From: Felis catus
Taxonomy: Eukaryota
NCBI RefSeq assembly: GCF_018350175.1
Contig: NC_058368.1
Span: 14,820,001 to 14,884,000, forward strand
DNA length: 64,000 nt
Direction: 5' to 3'
Part shown: positions 39,191-51,900 of the stretch, piece after piece
Numbering within the stretch: the first letter of the stretch is position 1
Layout of the letters: the number at the start of each line of letters is the position of its first letter
The notes under the pieces: model-generated
Seen by the model: the letters and a program-made list of their open reading frames with translations, nothing else
Databases searched by the model: none
Told to the model about the DNA's origin: nothing
Program-made: the position numbers and the translations under genes

Positions 39191-39419
39191 GGGGCACCTG
39201 GGTGGCTCAGTCAGTTAAGCATCTGACATCAGCTCAGGTCCTGATCTCACATTCCATAGGTTCAATCAAGCCCCATGTCAGGCTCTGTGCTGACAGCTCA
39301 GAGCCTGGAGCCTGCTTCAGATTCTGTATCTCTGTCTGTCTGTTCCTCCCTTGCACTCTGTCTCTGTCTCTCTCTCTCAAAAATAAAAATTAAAAAAGTT
39401 TTTTTAATAAAAGAAACAA
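39191..39419 (+). mobile_element. Can-SINE (second of tandem pair)
   Basis: Head, body and tail; flanked by TAAAACCATGTT. Confidence 0.92.
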
Positions 39420-41439
39420 TAAAACCATGTTGCAGTTGTCCCCAAGGATATAAAAATAGGTTTAATATCAGAGTACAATCTGTACTAATACTAAAAACCA
39501 AGATACAAAATCTTAAAAACCTAACATTTGTGTTTAAGTAACATATTGTCTAACACTAAACGTAAAACTTATAGCATCTACTCATCATCCGTATTTTAAA
39601 ACACCACAGCCCCACATCCACCACTCTTTCTATTTTGGAACAATCCTTTCCACATCCTGCCCTGGAGAGTGCTAAAGCTGCATGGCTTTTAAAGGCAGCC
39701 TAAGATTTTCCAGAGCTCAGCAGCTTTGTCAATAAATCAAAGCCAAGGACCATTTCTGGGTAATCAAGGAGTTTAAACTTCAGGAACATACAAGTTCCAA
39801 CTTAAAGTTCTGGAAAACAACAGAAAGAATTTGGCAACAGATCATAAAGGGTCTCTTTTCTTACTAAGAGGGCACCTTTTTTCACCTGGCTAAGATGGGA
39901 AAGTTGCCAGCATCCTGCAAAAAGCCTCCATATTTCCCAGGACTTGAAAACGCTGTCTCCCACAGAGGGGATGCTCTTCCGTGCCCCCTTGAACATCAGC
40001 TGCATTTGGCTCCTTGTCCCCTGCTCTCCACTCTGCCCGGAGGACCCTGGTGGTTCCTCTGTCCACCTTCTCCTACAGGGCCCCCAGGTTTCATCTCCAC
40101 CCCAGGCCATTCCTGACCATTCTGACCACATGTTTTTTCTCCTTCTCTGAACTTGTCACGTATTCAGAGACAGTGGCTCTCCGTGTGGCAGACACCTTTG
40201 CTCCCTCTGGTTCCCGGGCACGGGTTCTGCAATCTCAAGCAAATGTGTATTGCTTCAAGTCAAGCTTGGAAACCTCTGGATTCTTCACAGCACCTGGGGA
40301 GAGCTGTCTATGTGCACTGACCACTCCAGATTAAATAAATCACAGCAGATGGTTTCTAACCTCATTCTGAACTCCGAGTGAGACTTCATATGTTATAGCT
40401 GTTGTTATCCTCATTTGCTGGTTTCAAAACAGATAACCAATGCTGGGGAATATTTTTAGGGAGATACTTCTAAATAACCAAGTTATTTAGAATTTGATGG
40501 ATTCTCTCATACATGATGTCTACAAAGGAGGCCTGGAGAACAAAAAAACACCAACTAGGGAGAACGACATTTTCAAATGCCTACAGTATGCACTGACTGC
40601 ATCTGTTTTCCTCATGAACTAGGTTCCTGCAGTTGGGGAGAACATACCTCTCCTTGGTAAATCCAGGTCTGGTTCAAGAACTTCTTGTGAGAAAAACAAA
40701 AAAGGGAAATTTTTGTTGAGTTTGAAACTGCCTTCCCTGCTCTAGCCTCATGTAACAAGTTACTCGTCTATTTGGAAAGAAGAGCTTAAACACGGCATCG
40801 ATAAAGCTTTTTTAAATGCCTGGAAAGTGCCACACAAATCACCTAAAGTGTCACACACACACACGCACACACACACACACAGCCAAAGTAAATGACATTT
40901 CTAATCACAGAAATTATGTTTTAGAAGTTCAATGGCCTGAAATTATCTTGGTTTAGCTGTCACTCTGAGAAGTCCCAAGACAACTGATAACAAATGACCA
41001 AATCCTTTCTGATCTGCAGATCACAGACAATAAGCAGGTAGCCACACTCCACCTTCCTAGTTCACACTTGTTCCTCACACTTGTTCACAGGCAGATAGTC
41101 AATATTCGATCCTGCTGTTTGGAAACTCACAGCTGTCTAAATCCACTCTGGAGACAAATGAGCCCCTCTGATGTGGGAAAATGTGCCTGGTGTTGCTTTA
41201 GCAGCCCAAAGACTCACACAGATGAGGAGCTCCTGACAGGACATTCAGGCTCAAGTCTCTAACATGAATCGCAGTGCAACACGTTGGCAGCATCGGGAAA
41301 AAGCCACCATTTCTGACTTCTCTTGCTTTCTTTAAGGGAAAATGATGCACTTTTAGGTCTAGATCAAGGAGGAATGGAAGGAGAAATCAGGAAGACATAC
41401 AGACAACGTCTGTCCGTTTCTAACTTTCTTCCGGAAATC

Positions 41440-42330
41440 TTTAACTGACATCCCACTGTCATCTTAAAGCTTAAAATCTAAGACCGTTGGTCTTTCCACA
41501 AACGAAGTTTCCTTGCTGAGTTTCCTTCTCTTGTCAAGGACACCACAATTGTTTCTGTCTCAGAACCTTAGCATCTCTCTTGCCCAGTATGAGCACAGGC
41601 CCAGTTTACCTGGGATGGTCCTGGCTTAGGCCCGTTTCCTCAGCATCCTGGCCAGTGTAAGTATGTGTTCCGGAAAAAAATTCCAGGTTGGACAACAGAT
41701 TACGTTTCCTCTTTTCCCCCCGAATCTTATTGATTTTTCCTTTGCAACACTTGGTCATGCACTCCCTCATCTCAAATCCCCCATCCTTATGAACCGCACT
41801 GATATAATACCCCCTTTGCGTATGGTCTCCAATCTCTGATCAGTTATATGCATGAATCTGCTGCTCTAAAGCCTTCAACGTCTTTGTAAACGGATGAAGT
41901 GCAAACCCAGGCGCTACAGATCTTTCACATTCTGGCCCTTATGCTGTTTCTAATTACTTCTTTACATAACATGTGAGTCCAACCAGACGGCCTGCTCAGC
42001 TTTCATCCATCAAATGCATCCACTGCGGCTACCTCACTGCTCAAGCTGCTCCTGGGCCATCTTATCTGAGTCTGATGCTCCTTTAAGACCCAACTCAAAT
42101 CTCATTGCTCCCTAAAGCTTTCTCTCCTGTCTCCTGCCTTCAGTCACCTCTCCTGTATGACATTCCTTCAGCAAAGAATAGCTCAGTTAGCACTTAGCAT
42201 AGCCCACCTTACATCCTTCTGGGTCTCTTCCGTGTCTCTATTCTGTGTCTCCAGGTAGATCTTAAGCTCAGCAAGAACAGGGACCTTATTATAATTTTCT
42301 CTTCTCAACAGGCACCAAAATCTGCTCAGC
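41440..42330 (+). mobile_element. L2 remnant
   Basis: Pyrimidine-rich L2-like phrases (CCTTTAAGACCCAACTCAAAT, TAGATCTTAAGCTC...CAGGGACC). Confidence 0.5.
41585..41705. mobile_element. hAT-Blackjack MITE, MER94-like
   Basis: CCCAGTTTACCTGGGATGGTCCTGG...CCAGGTTGGACAACAGATTA. Confidence 0.5.
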
Positions 42331-42359
42331 AGAAAGGAGGCAAGTTGAAAAGCAGGAAA

Positions 42360-42570
42360 AGCACAGATTCTCGCATGATTTGTCTTAGATCTGTCACTTA
42401 CTGTGACAGCTTAGGAAAAGGCCATAAGCTCTCATCCTCAGTTTCCACATCTATACAATGGGGATGATGATGATGACAATAATACCCGCCTTGCCTTCAT
42501 TACCAGGTTGTAGTGAGGAGGCAGGTAAAGTGAACCTTTATAAATCACCAAGTCCTATACATGTGAGGAA
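42360..42570 (+). mobile_element. MIR
   Basis: CCTCAGTTTCCACATCTATACAATGGGGATGATG core. Confidence 0.65.
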
Positions 42571-42588
42571 TGAATCAAACATTTTTGG

Positions 42589-42625
42589 TAATAATAATAA
42601 TAATAATAATAACAGTAATAATAAT
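42589..42625. repeat. (AAT)n microsatellite
   Basis: Direct reading. Confidence 0.9.
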
Positions 42626-44289
42626 GTTATCTAGCCACAACCTCATCAGAAGTCCTATAACCTCATGCTTCAGAGAGGTATCATTTGAACTTGAGCTGAC
42701 TACATCCCGGCCAGGTATCACAGCACTTGAGTTCAACTGCTTTCTCTGAACACTCACAAAAAAGGTGCTAGGAAATGTGTCAGTCTTAAGGTTACCACAT
42801 TTCATTTCCTTTCTTCAGTGCTCAGGCCTCTTAAGAGCTAAGTGTGGAGTATGAAAGGCAGGAAGAATGGGGGAAAGGGGCCAGCTAACTTGTCAGTTCT
42901 TCTAGCATTTCAGACTGCTTTCAAGTTTCTTTTCTCTCATCTGCAAAACATCCTTTTGAGATGTTGGAAACAGTACTATGAGCCCTTTGAAAAGAAGAAA
43001 GAGGGGAAACAGTAGCATGCAGCTTCCAAAAAAAAAAAAAAAAAAGTAAGCCATTTAGTGGAGGTAGATTGAGGGCATGGTCATTTTGGAATTTACAATT
43101 TTATCTCCATGCTTGATTGAGGTATTCCAACTACAGAGTTCTTCTGGAACCTTCCACATCACGGAAACCTGTGCATTGATGGATGTTTGTGGCATGAGTC
43201 AAGCAAATTAGTGAGATAAAATGCAAGCATGAAAGCAGGAAAGTGGTCCTTCTGAAGTTGCTTTTCTTTCTGTAAGCTTCCCACACCATAGAATCATCAA
43301 TCACATGATAGCCCACAATAAAAATCTTGAAAGAATAATGCTCAGCTGATCTCAAGCCACATATTCTTAACTAACAAAACTTCCTTGCACCCGCTTGCAA
43401 AGATACAGACTCTAAACTAATATAAGGAACCAATTTTGCAAGACAGTTTGCCCTGGTAATTATACCAAAAATAAAAGAAGGCAGCCAATTGGCGAGTTGT
43501 CTGTTCCTTTAGAAAAGATATTTCATGTTCCTTCAAGCTTCATTATCAATGATTGGCTTGGATGAATGAGAGGCTTCCAGCAGCTTTTGCCCAAGACCAG
43601 GCTTGACAAATGTGGCATTATTTTGGCAGAGTTCAGGCTCTGCTTCAATCTTCAAATGTCTGGCGCTGTACATGAACTTCTGAACCTGACCTGAAGCTAT
43701 TATGGGCTTTAAAATTTTCAAGCAATTGCATCATTAAGCAACCAGCATGTGACGGCATTACTATCTTATCCACTGCCCAAATACCACAATGCATTTAAAG
43801 CAACTGACATAAATCAGCAAAGAAAAGCACAGAGGATGACAATAAGCAATGGCCCATCATCAAGATCCTCAAAAGCATACAGGTTGTAACTATAGCATAT
43901 TCAATTTGAAAACGCACATATGCCACAAATTTAGAAGGTTATAAAGAGTGATCTGCTATTTCCATTAAATAGCATATGCTCTCAGCAATTCTTTTCCAAG
44001 TATGTTCAAAGGTAGCTTGGTAGTCACAGGGTTTCTTCCTTTTCTCTTTAAACCTTGGCTGCAGTAGGATAAGATCAAGAAAATAAGAGTTTCTGTGTTC
44101 AGTTACAATGGTTTTCTTTTTTACAACAAATCGCTGATATTTCCTCATTTTATTTCCTGCTATCATCTTGGAAAGATTTTTAAAATGCCTGTATCTAAAA
44201 GGATTAAATGAGGGAAATTAATGTGTGAGTAAACTAAGTTCATTACTAAATCTAATGCTATAATTTTCTCTTTCTTTCTTTCAGGAATC

Positions 44290-44421
44290 TTTTATTTTTT
44301 TAAAGTCAACTATTTTATTTTTTTATTTTAATTCCAGTATAGTTAACATATGGTGTTATATTAGTTTCAGATGTACAATATAGAGATTCAACAATTCTGT
44401 TAGTGTTCACCATGAGTGTAC
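44290..44421 (-). mobile_element. Short carnivore L1 3' tail fragment
   Basis: TAATTCCAGTATAGTTAACAT...GTGTTATATTAGTTTCAG; similar in reverse to 55720-55790. Confidence 0.75.
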
Positions 44422-45132
44422 TAAAGCTATACATTTTCAACAGCCTACTAAGTATGGGACAATCTTTCTAATGAGGCACACATCAAAATACACTGAAAGG
44501 AATGAAAAGAATTTGGGGAATGAAGAGGAGGAAACTAATCTGGTAACTTTATTAACAAAATCAGAACGAGTAAGAACATTTTTCCTTTTACATGAATGTT
44601 CCATTGTCTTCCTTTATTTTTACTGAGATCAATTCAAACACTGGGGAACAATCTGAAAGCTCTTCCAGTTCATCAGTGATTAACAGGAAATTATCATTTG
44701 TAATAAAAATTTCCCTTCTTCCCAAATCATTAGACAGAATACACTGGCTTTTCTGAGTAAATCCCAGGTGTGCAAATAACAGAAGATTGCTTATTTTTAG
44801 TGGCAGGCTGTGATAGACAACCTGAAAGAATATAAATTAACCCAGGTATGAGATCATACATATTTTCCATAAATCTTTGTTCCCTCAATGCTATTACAAA
44901 TGCAAATCTAGAAGAAATGTTCCAAATGTGAGCAACTAGATTAAAACAGTTTGCCTAAAATATCTCCTAAATTAGACTTTTCCTAAGGCCCAACAGTATT
45001 TTTGATCTCCTTTAATTTTAAATAAAGTCATAAGTAGGAGAAACAGATGAAGACTTCTCTTCCTTGAAATTCACTTAAGTTACACCAGTATTGCAAACAG
45101 CACCATTACAGATGATGCCAACCATTCACACT

Positions 45133-45495
45133 TGTAATGGTTAATTTCACATGAACACTTGTCACAGTGCTCAGATATGTGGTCGCACACTATTCTGGAT
45201 GTTTCTGATGTTTCTGTGATGGAGGTTTTGGATGAGATTAATATATACATTGGCAACTCGGAGTAAAACAGACTGCCCTCTATAATGCAGGTGGGCCTTT
45301 TCCAATCAGTTGAAGGCTTGAATAGAAAAAGACTGTCCTCCCCAAGCAAGAGAGAATTCTGCCAGCCACCGCCTTCAGACTTGAATTGCAGCACTGGCTC
45401 AATCTGAGTCTCAAGTCTGCTGGACTATCCTGAAGATTCTGGACCTACCAGCCTCCATAAGCGTGTGAGTCAATTCCTTAAAGTAAATCAATCTC

Positions 45496-45544
<49 letters not shown>

Positions 45545-45700
45545 CATATATATGTATATATATAATATGTGTAATTATATATGTAATTACACATATATAA
45601 TATGTGTAATATATATAATTATGTGCATATATATATATACATATATATACATATATTTATCCTATTGGTTCTGTTTCTTTGGGGAACCCTGACTAATACA
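45133..45700 (+). mobile_element. ERVL solo LTR, MLT2D-like, with internal (TC)n/(TA)n expansion
   Basis: TGTAATGGTTAATTT start; CCAATCAGTTGAAGGCTTGAATAG; ends CCTATTGGTTCTGTTTC...GAACCCTGACTAATACA. Confidence 0.85.
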
Positions 45701-46503
45701 CCATTTTTCTGAAAGGTTATTTATTACCCACTCTGTCGCACCCTCCATACACATCTTCCTTTCATCTATATGGACAGCATAACTTCGTTTTTGCATATTT
45801 AATATTGAGAGTGAGCATTCAATCTCTTGGCCACAAAGTTATACAGCTGTGAACTTACAGCTTCTTTTTTTAATACTCTGATTCCTGTGCTATGTATTCT
45901 GCATGTAGTTAAATTCTTTAAAACCCCTTAACTACTTCCCTGCATTTGCATGAAGAATAGTTCCTCCAAGCTAGGAAAGGAGTTTAATGAAGCTGTGAAT
46001 AAAAGGTAGGTTGGAAAAAAGCCAATCAGTTTACAGAATGGCTTCTCTCTCCTGGGGCTACATCTCTGATCTGAAGTTAATTCCAAGATCAGACTCATCC
46101 ACATAAAATGTATAGTCAAGGAGAGCTGATCTTGTGATCCTCTTGAACACATGTTGTCTAGATCAAGTTCCTCTTAATGATGAAGGAATATGGAATGTAT
46201 TATGATGAAGACAGGACTTAATCCAACCAAAACCTAGACAGGTATGATTATTCTAATCTCTTCTCTCATCCTCCATTTTAAAGGGTAAAAGCAATCATCG
46301 TAGAGCAGAAGGTTGAAAACTTGATTTGGAGGCAAAGGGCGTTTTCACTTTCCTTTTTCTAGGGTGAATGGAACAAATATGACTCTAACTACAAGGCCTT
46401 ATTTCACTCTGACAAAGCAAAACAGTTCAACAGTCAATCACATGTTTACGTCTATCAATAGTTTTTAATACCACTGGTCATGAGGTGGTGTTGGCCTGAC
46501 TGG

Positions 46504-46743
46504 GTTTTCTTTTCTTCTTTTTTCTTTTTTCATGTTTATTTATTTGAAGGAGAGAGAGAAAGAGAAAGAGAGAGAAAGCATGAGCATGGAACGGGCAGAG
46601 AGAGGGAGACACAGAATCTGAAGCAGGCTCCAGGCTCTGAGCTGTCAGCACAGAGCCCGACATGGGGCTTGAACCCATGGACCGCAAGAGCATGACCTGA
46701 GCCAAAATTAGAAGCTCATCCGACTGAGCCACCCAGGTGCCCT
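46504..46743 (-). mobile_element. Can-SINE (felid)
   Basis: Minus-strand head, body and tail; GGTTTTCT on both flanks. Confidence 0.92.
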
Positions 46744-47209
46744 GCTTAGGTTTTCTGACTACATTGAAAAGTTTCAAATAAGGTTATAAGTCATGAAGCT
46801 TACAATGAAATGGTCCTTAAATCAGACTTCTTTTTTAGGCAAAGAAAAAATGTATGCTTCTCATGGATCAATTACTGTCAACTGCTTTGCTACATTATAA
46901 AGGAAAACCTCCACCAATCAAATGCATAGGTTAGAGGTGTTCTGGTTAGTTTGATGCAACAGTCTGAAGTTTAGCATTATTGCTCTAAGGTTTATTACTG
47001 AAAATTTATCCAAAACACAACCAGTCTACTTTCTTGCTAAGGATGATCAACAGTTTCTCTTGTTCCAATCTCTGATTCAGACAATTGTTCTGGTGACATC
47101 ATTAAGTAAATTCTTCTTTTGATGTACTACCCTCTCACTGACTTTAGTTAGTGACCACCTTTTTGAGCATTCAATGCCCTGAAGTTAAATAACATTTAAA
47201 TAAAATTAA

Positions 47210-47432
47210 GGGGCAGCGGAGTTGCTTAGTCCATGAAATGTCCAACTCTTGATTTAGGTTCAAGTCATGATCTCACAGTTCATGGAATGGAGCCCTGCAT
47301 CAGGCTTTGCACTGAGTGTGGACCTGGCTTCAGATTCTCCCCACCCCCCCGCCTTCTCTCTTTCCTCCTCTCCAGCTTAAGCATGTACATGCATGCTCTC
47401 TCAAAAATAAACAAATAAATAAATAAATAAAA
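47210..47432 (+). mobile_element. Diverged Can-SINE
   Basis: CCAACTCTTGATTTAGGTTCAAGTCATGATCTCACAG; (AAAT)n tail. Confidence 0.85.
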
Positions 47433-47443
47433 CTGAAAATTGT

Positions 47444-47490
47444 GGGGCACCTGGGTGGCTCAGTCGGTGAGTCAATTCCTTAAAGTAAAT

Positions 47491-47526
<36 letters not shown>

Positions 47527-47752
47527 ATATACACTTATCCTATTGGTTCTGTTTTTGGGGGAATCCTGACTAAGACACCATTTACCTGAAGGGTTATTAC
47601 ATGAAGGGAGCCCTGCATTGCGCTCTGTGCTGACAGCTCAGAGCCTGGAGCCTGCTTCAAATTCTGTGTCTCCCTCTCTCTCTCTCTTCCCCTCTCATGC
47701 TCTGTCTCTGTCTCTCAAAAAAGAATAAACGTTAAAAAATATTTTTTTAATT
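47444..47752 (+). mobile_element. Chimeric Can-SINE containing a copy of 45465-45727
   Basis: SINE head 47444-47468, MLT2-end plus flank insert 47467-47607, SINE body resumes at 47608; TSD TGAAA(A)TTGT. Confidence 0.85.
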
Positions 47753-48431
47753 TTATGAAATTGTAGGAGTATGAGAAGAAAAACTGTCTTAAAATGTCAA
47801 GATAAAGTTGAAAATATGACACAATATATTCCTATCATCATAAATACCAAGCCCTTTGATAAATAATCATTCAAATGGAAGTGCTTTTGAAAACAGGTTG
47901 ATATTTAACATCCTAAAAAAGAGGCTTTTAGTACGTGGCTGGCCCTCCTCTCCACTCAGGACCAGACATGACTGCAGGCCACCTCGTATCCACATTGGTG
48001 GCTCTTCCTCCTCATGTCCTGCTTCTCCAGCCCTCTCAATCCTGCCACTTCAAACATCCTGATCTTCAGACTTACCAGATACCAAGCTCCAATTCCTCCC
48101 TGACCACAGACTTCCATATTTACACCCACTCTCCTTCAGTCCTCCTCACTGATCCTTCATCCTGTTCATGACTTCATCATGGGCCCATGATTGGTCATTT
48201 TAATCATATTTTCCATAAAACAGAGAATCCCTTGTCTACTTAATCTTTTCTCATAACTTCTAGCCCTAGGTAATATGCCATCACGTTGACTTTCTGGCTG
48301 GAAAATTTTTTTACTGGAAGAAGCCAAAATTGGATCTGCTCTCTCTCCTACAAAGCTGTGAACCAAATCATGTCTCATCTGGGCCCCCACGGTCTTCATT
48401 TCTGAGTGACAACAAATTACTTGTCAGTAGC

Positions 48432-48921
48432 TGTATGAGGGTTCTCCAGAAGAACCAAACCAATATGTATAGGTGTATGTGTATGGATAGATATATCACA
48501 CAAGAGATTTACCATAGGAGTTGGCTCGTGTGGTTATGGAGGCCAAGAAGCTCCACAACCTGCCATGTGCAAACTGGAGAACCAGGAAACCTGGTGGCAT
48601 AATTCAGTCTGAGCTCAAGGCCTGAGAACCAGGGGGCCACAGTTGTTAAGTCCTAAGTCAGAATGCCCAAGAGTACAGAGTTCCAACGTCCGAGGGCAGG
48701 AGAAAATGGACTCCCAGCTCAAGAAGAGAGACACAGAATTTGCTCTTCCTTCATGTTTTTGTCCCATTCAGGGCTCCAGTGGATTGGATGATGCCTGCCC
48801 ACATTGCTGGAGGCAGACCTCTTCTCAGTCTACCAAACCAAATGCTGCTCTCTCCCAGAAACACCAACTATTTGAGCATCTCTTGGGCCAGTCAAGTTGA
48901 CGCATAAAAATAATCACGACA
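48432..48921 (-). mobile_element. ERVL solo LTR, MLT2B-like
   Basis: TGTATGAGGGTTCTCCAGA...CAAGTTGACGCATAAAAATAATCACGACA; perfect 5-bp TSD GTAGC. Confidence 0.88.
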
Positions 48922-51900
48922 GTAGCTGTTACCTACCCACAACAGGTAAGTCAGCTTAATCTTCGTAAATTTGCCTTCTCTCCTGGAATTTCCTGGGATT
49001 GTAACTTCTCCTCTTCTCCCTCCTTCTGATTTTGGAAAATGACACGTCCCTCGCCTTCCTAGAATGAAATCCTTAGTCTGTGCCTTAGATGTCCCTTTTT
49101 CTACTCACCAGGGGTCCTCTTTCTCTCTTTTTCTCTCTCCCTTAGACACTGAACTTGTTTACATATCCCTCAGCCTAAAGAAGAGCTCTTCCCTCGACCT
49201 GCCTTGCCCCTCAAGCTTCCTTCCATTTACCATCAAACCTTCAGGGCACGCTGTCCATTCCCCTCCTCTACATTCCACCCCCCAACTTCCAAAATCCAGG
49301 CTTCCCTCTGCACCACTCCTCAGTCCTCTCACCAGCTAGGAGCCTTACACCCAAGAAGTTAGTCAAATTTGGCTGAACCCAATTCCCCTCCAGGTGACAA
49401 TTTAAAGTGCCCCCTGCCCCATTTCTTCCCACACCTCACTCTCCCAGTCTTCTACCCACATCCTTGGTTCCCGCGGGACAGCGTCTGCTTTCTCCCCAAG
49501 CATTTTGTGACAAAGATTTTACTAAATATCTAGGGGTCAAGGAAAGGTCTTCCTCGATCTGTTCTGGGTAACCAAAAAAATTCTTCCGTCTTTATCCTTT
49601 AGACTATCATTTCCCCTCTTCCTATAGAAACTGAGTTACTGCCATGCACATTACACACATTAAATAAATACTGGCTGAAATAAAGTGAAATATAGATGTA
49701 TTTTTAGTATGTTGATTAAGTATCTTATGGGGCTTGTATCAAATTGTGAACATGAAAAATAATGACGCAATAGTACCATAAAGGGTATAAAAAATTCAGC
49801 GTGCTCCATCATGTCTCAGTAAATATATAGTAAGGGGCTTCACCCCTGCACCCAGTTATACACAACAGGGACTCTCAGAGCATGTACTTAATGATTGTTG
49901 AATGAATGAATGAATGATACATTATCAGCCTTGCTTTATAAGAGAATCTCTCATAAGGTTTAAAAAAACATTAATGTTTTCATTAGATGTGCACTGCACA
50001 TATTGAGAGATTATTAAATGTTTGTAGTCACGCTTTAAAAGAAAAGGTGTCCATAACTTTTAGAGATACGCTGGGAAACATTTCCAGATTAAATGAAAAC
50101 ACGGAGTGCAGAAAGAGTTGCGTTAGATGAAGCTGCAAATGGTAAACGTTTTACTGCTAAAGTGTCCTGGGTATTTACCACTTTCTGGGCAGTAAGTCCA
50201 AAATATGTGGAAACAAGAGAAGTACAAACTTTAATGGTGATAAGGGATTTTGTTTTTTTTTGGTATGACCTTTAAGTTCCCCCAAATCCGTCTCTGCTAC
50301 CAAGATCAGACTTGCTTGTGAACACTACGTCCACTCAGCATGACGGACAGCCTAGTCATGCTCACAACTGCGGTGAGCTGGACCGGAACTTTCTGTCTCC
50401 CAAAAGTCACAACACTGTTTCATGGGGTCAAAGTCAGTGGTGGTATTGGGGACCTCAACCTGTTTTCCTTTTCTTCTCTCTTTCTCTCCGAGAACATTTT
50501 GAAATGTAAAAACACTGCCCTTTAATCCAAGGCCCCACACGAAACTGCCTTCCTTCCACCTGACCGAGCAAGGCCTTCCTCCCACTGTCAGGGAGACGGA
50601 AACTTTATCCTGAGCCCTTTGACTTTCGTTCTACTGGTTTTGTTTTTCTTGTCATAAACAGAGAGCCACTCTGAGGCTGGAATTTAAAAACAGCAGTATT
50701 ACACTAAATTCCTTTCTCCTTGTGAATACCTCGTGTCTTGTTACATCCTGGTACCAAACTCTTCTATGAGGAAATTGGTAAAAGAAGGCCTCTTTGGAGG
50801 TTGTCTGGAATGATAATGATGCTTGGGGGTTTGGGGCCTCCAGTCAGAGCTAATCCTAGACTGTTCTTACAGAAGTACTGACTTATATACAAAAGTAACA
50901 GCAATAATTGCTGAAATCTCCCAATCTACCCCTAAAATGTCTTAAGCTCCAAGGAGCAAAGCTTTTGCATCTGGGACAGTGATGCTAGGAAGAACAGTCA
51001 AATACTTGAAGCAGCTGACAGGAAGAACACCAGATTAATTGTTAGCCTCAAGCAAGGTCTTGACTCCTAACCTTGAACTACCGTCCCTCCATTCCAGGAG
51101 TCTAGCCCACACTATTTCCTCAATTCTTCCATTTAATCCTCAAGGTGAATCTTAAACCCCACATACTCCAAACAACATATCAGCATTCCCCCACCCCCAC
51201 CCCAGTGGTAACTTCCTCCTCCCTAAAGCCCTCACCGGACACTTACTCTCTACTGACATCATTCTTCTTGCCAGGGACTCCCAGAGTTTCATGACTCTAG
51301 GGCAGAAACAAGTCAGCTTTCATTGGTCCTAGCACAGACTCTGGCACATCCCAGTTGATGGCTACCCCAGGGGTGAGGATAAAGGAAGCCAAGCTTTTGC
51401 TGTGGCTTGATCTGACTGAGTTATACATCAGCAGCTCCCAGACACTGCAGGGTACAAGCTCCGTATCCTGATGGCTATTTGATTCGTAAGAACTCTCATG
51501 CACAAAGCAGAGCTAAGGGAAGGAGGCTGTATGCTGGTATCCGAAAAGAAGTCATTTTTAATTATCACTATATAAATTAGCATTATATTTCATTTATATA
51601 CCGTTCTATACCATTATTGGAATCACTGGAAGTAACCTAACTTCAAGTCTTTAAAAGATTATATTACATTATAAATAAAATAAAGCCATTTTGAAAAAAT
51701 CACAGCACGCTAACCATATTATGTTTTTTTAATTTAAAAAGACACCCGTTTTTCCTGTAAAATATTTTTTCCTATCTGTAAGTGCAGAGATCATATGTTA
51801 TTTGATTTGATATTGTCAGCACTTAGCACACAGGTGACATCAGTACATGTTAGTTAACTGAATAAGCAAATACGAAGTTTATTCACATAACCTGTATTTT

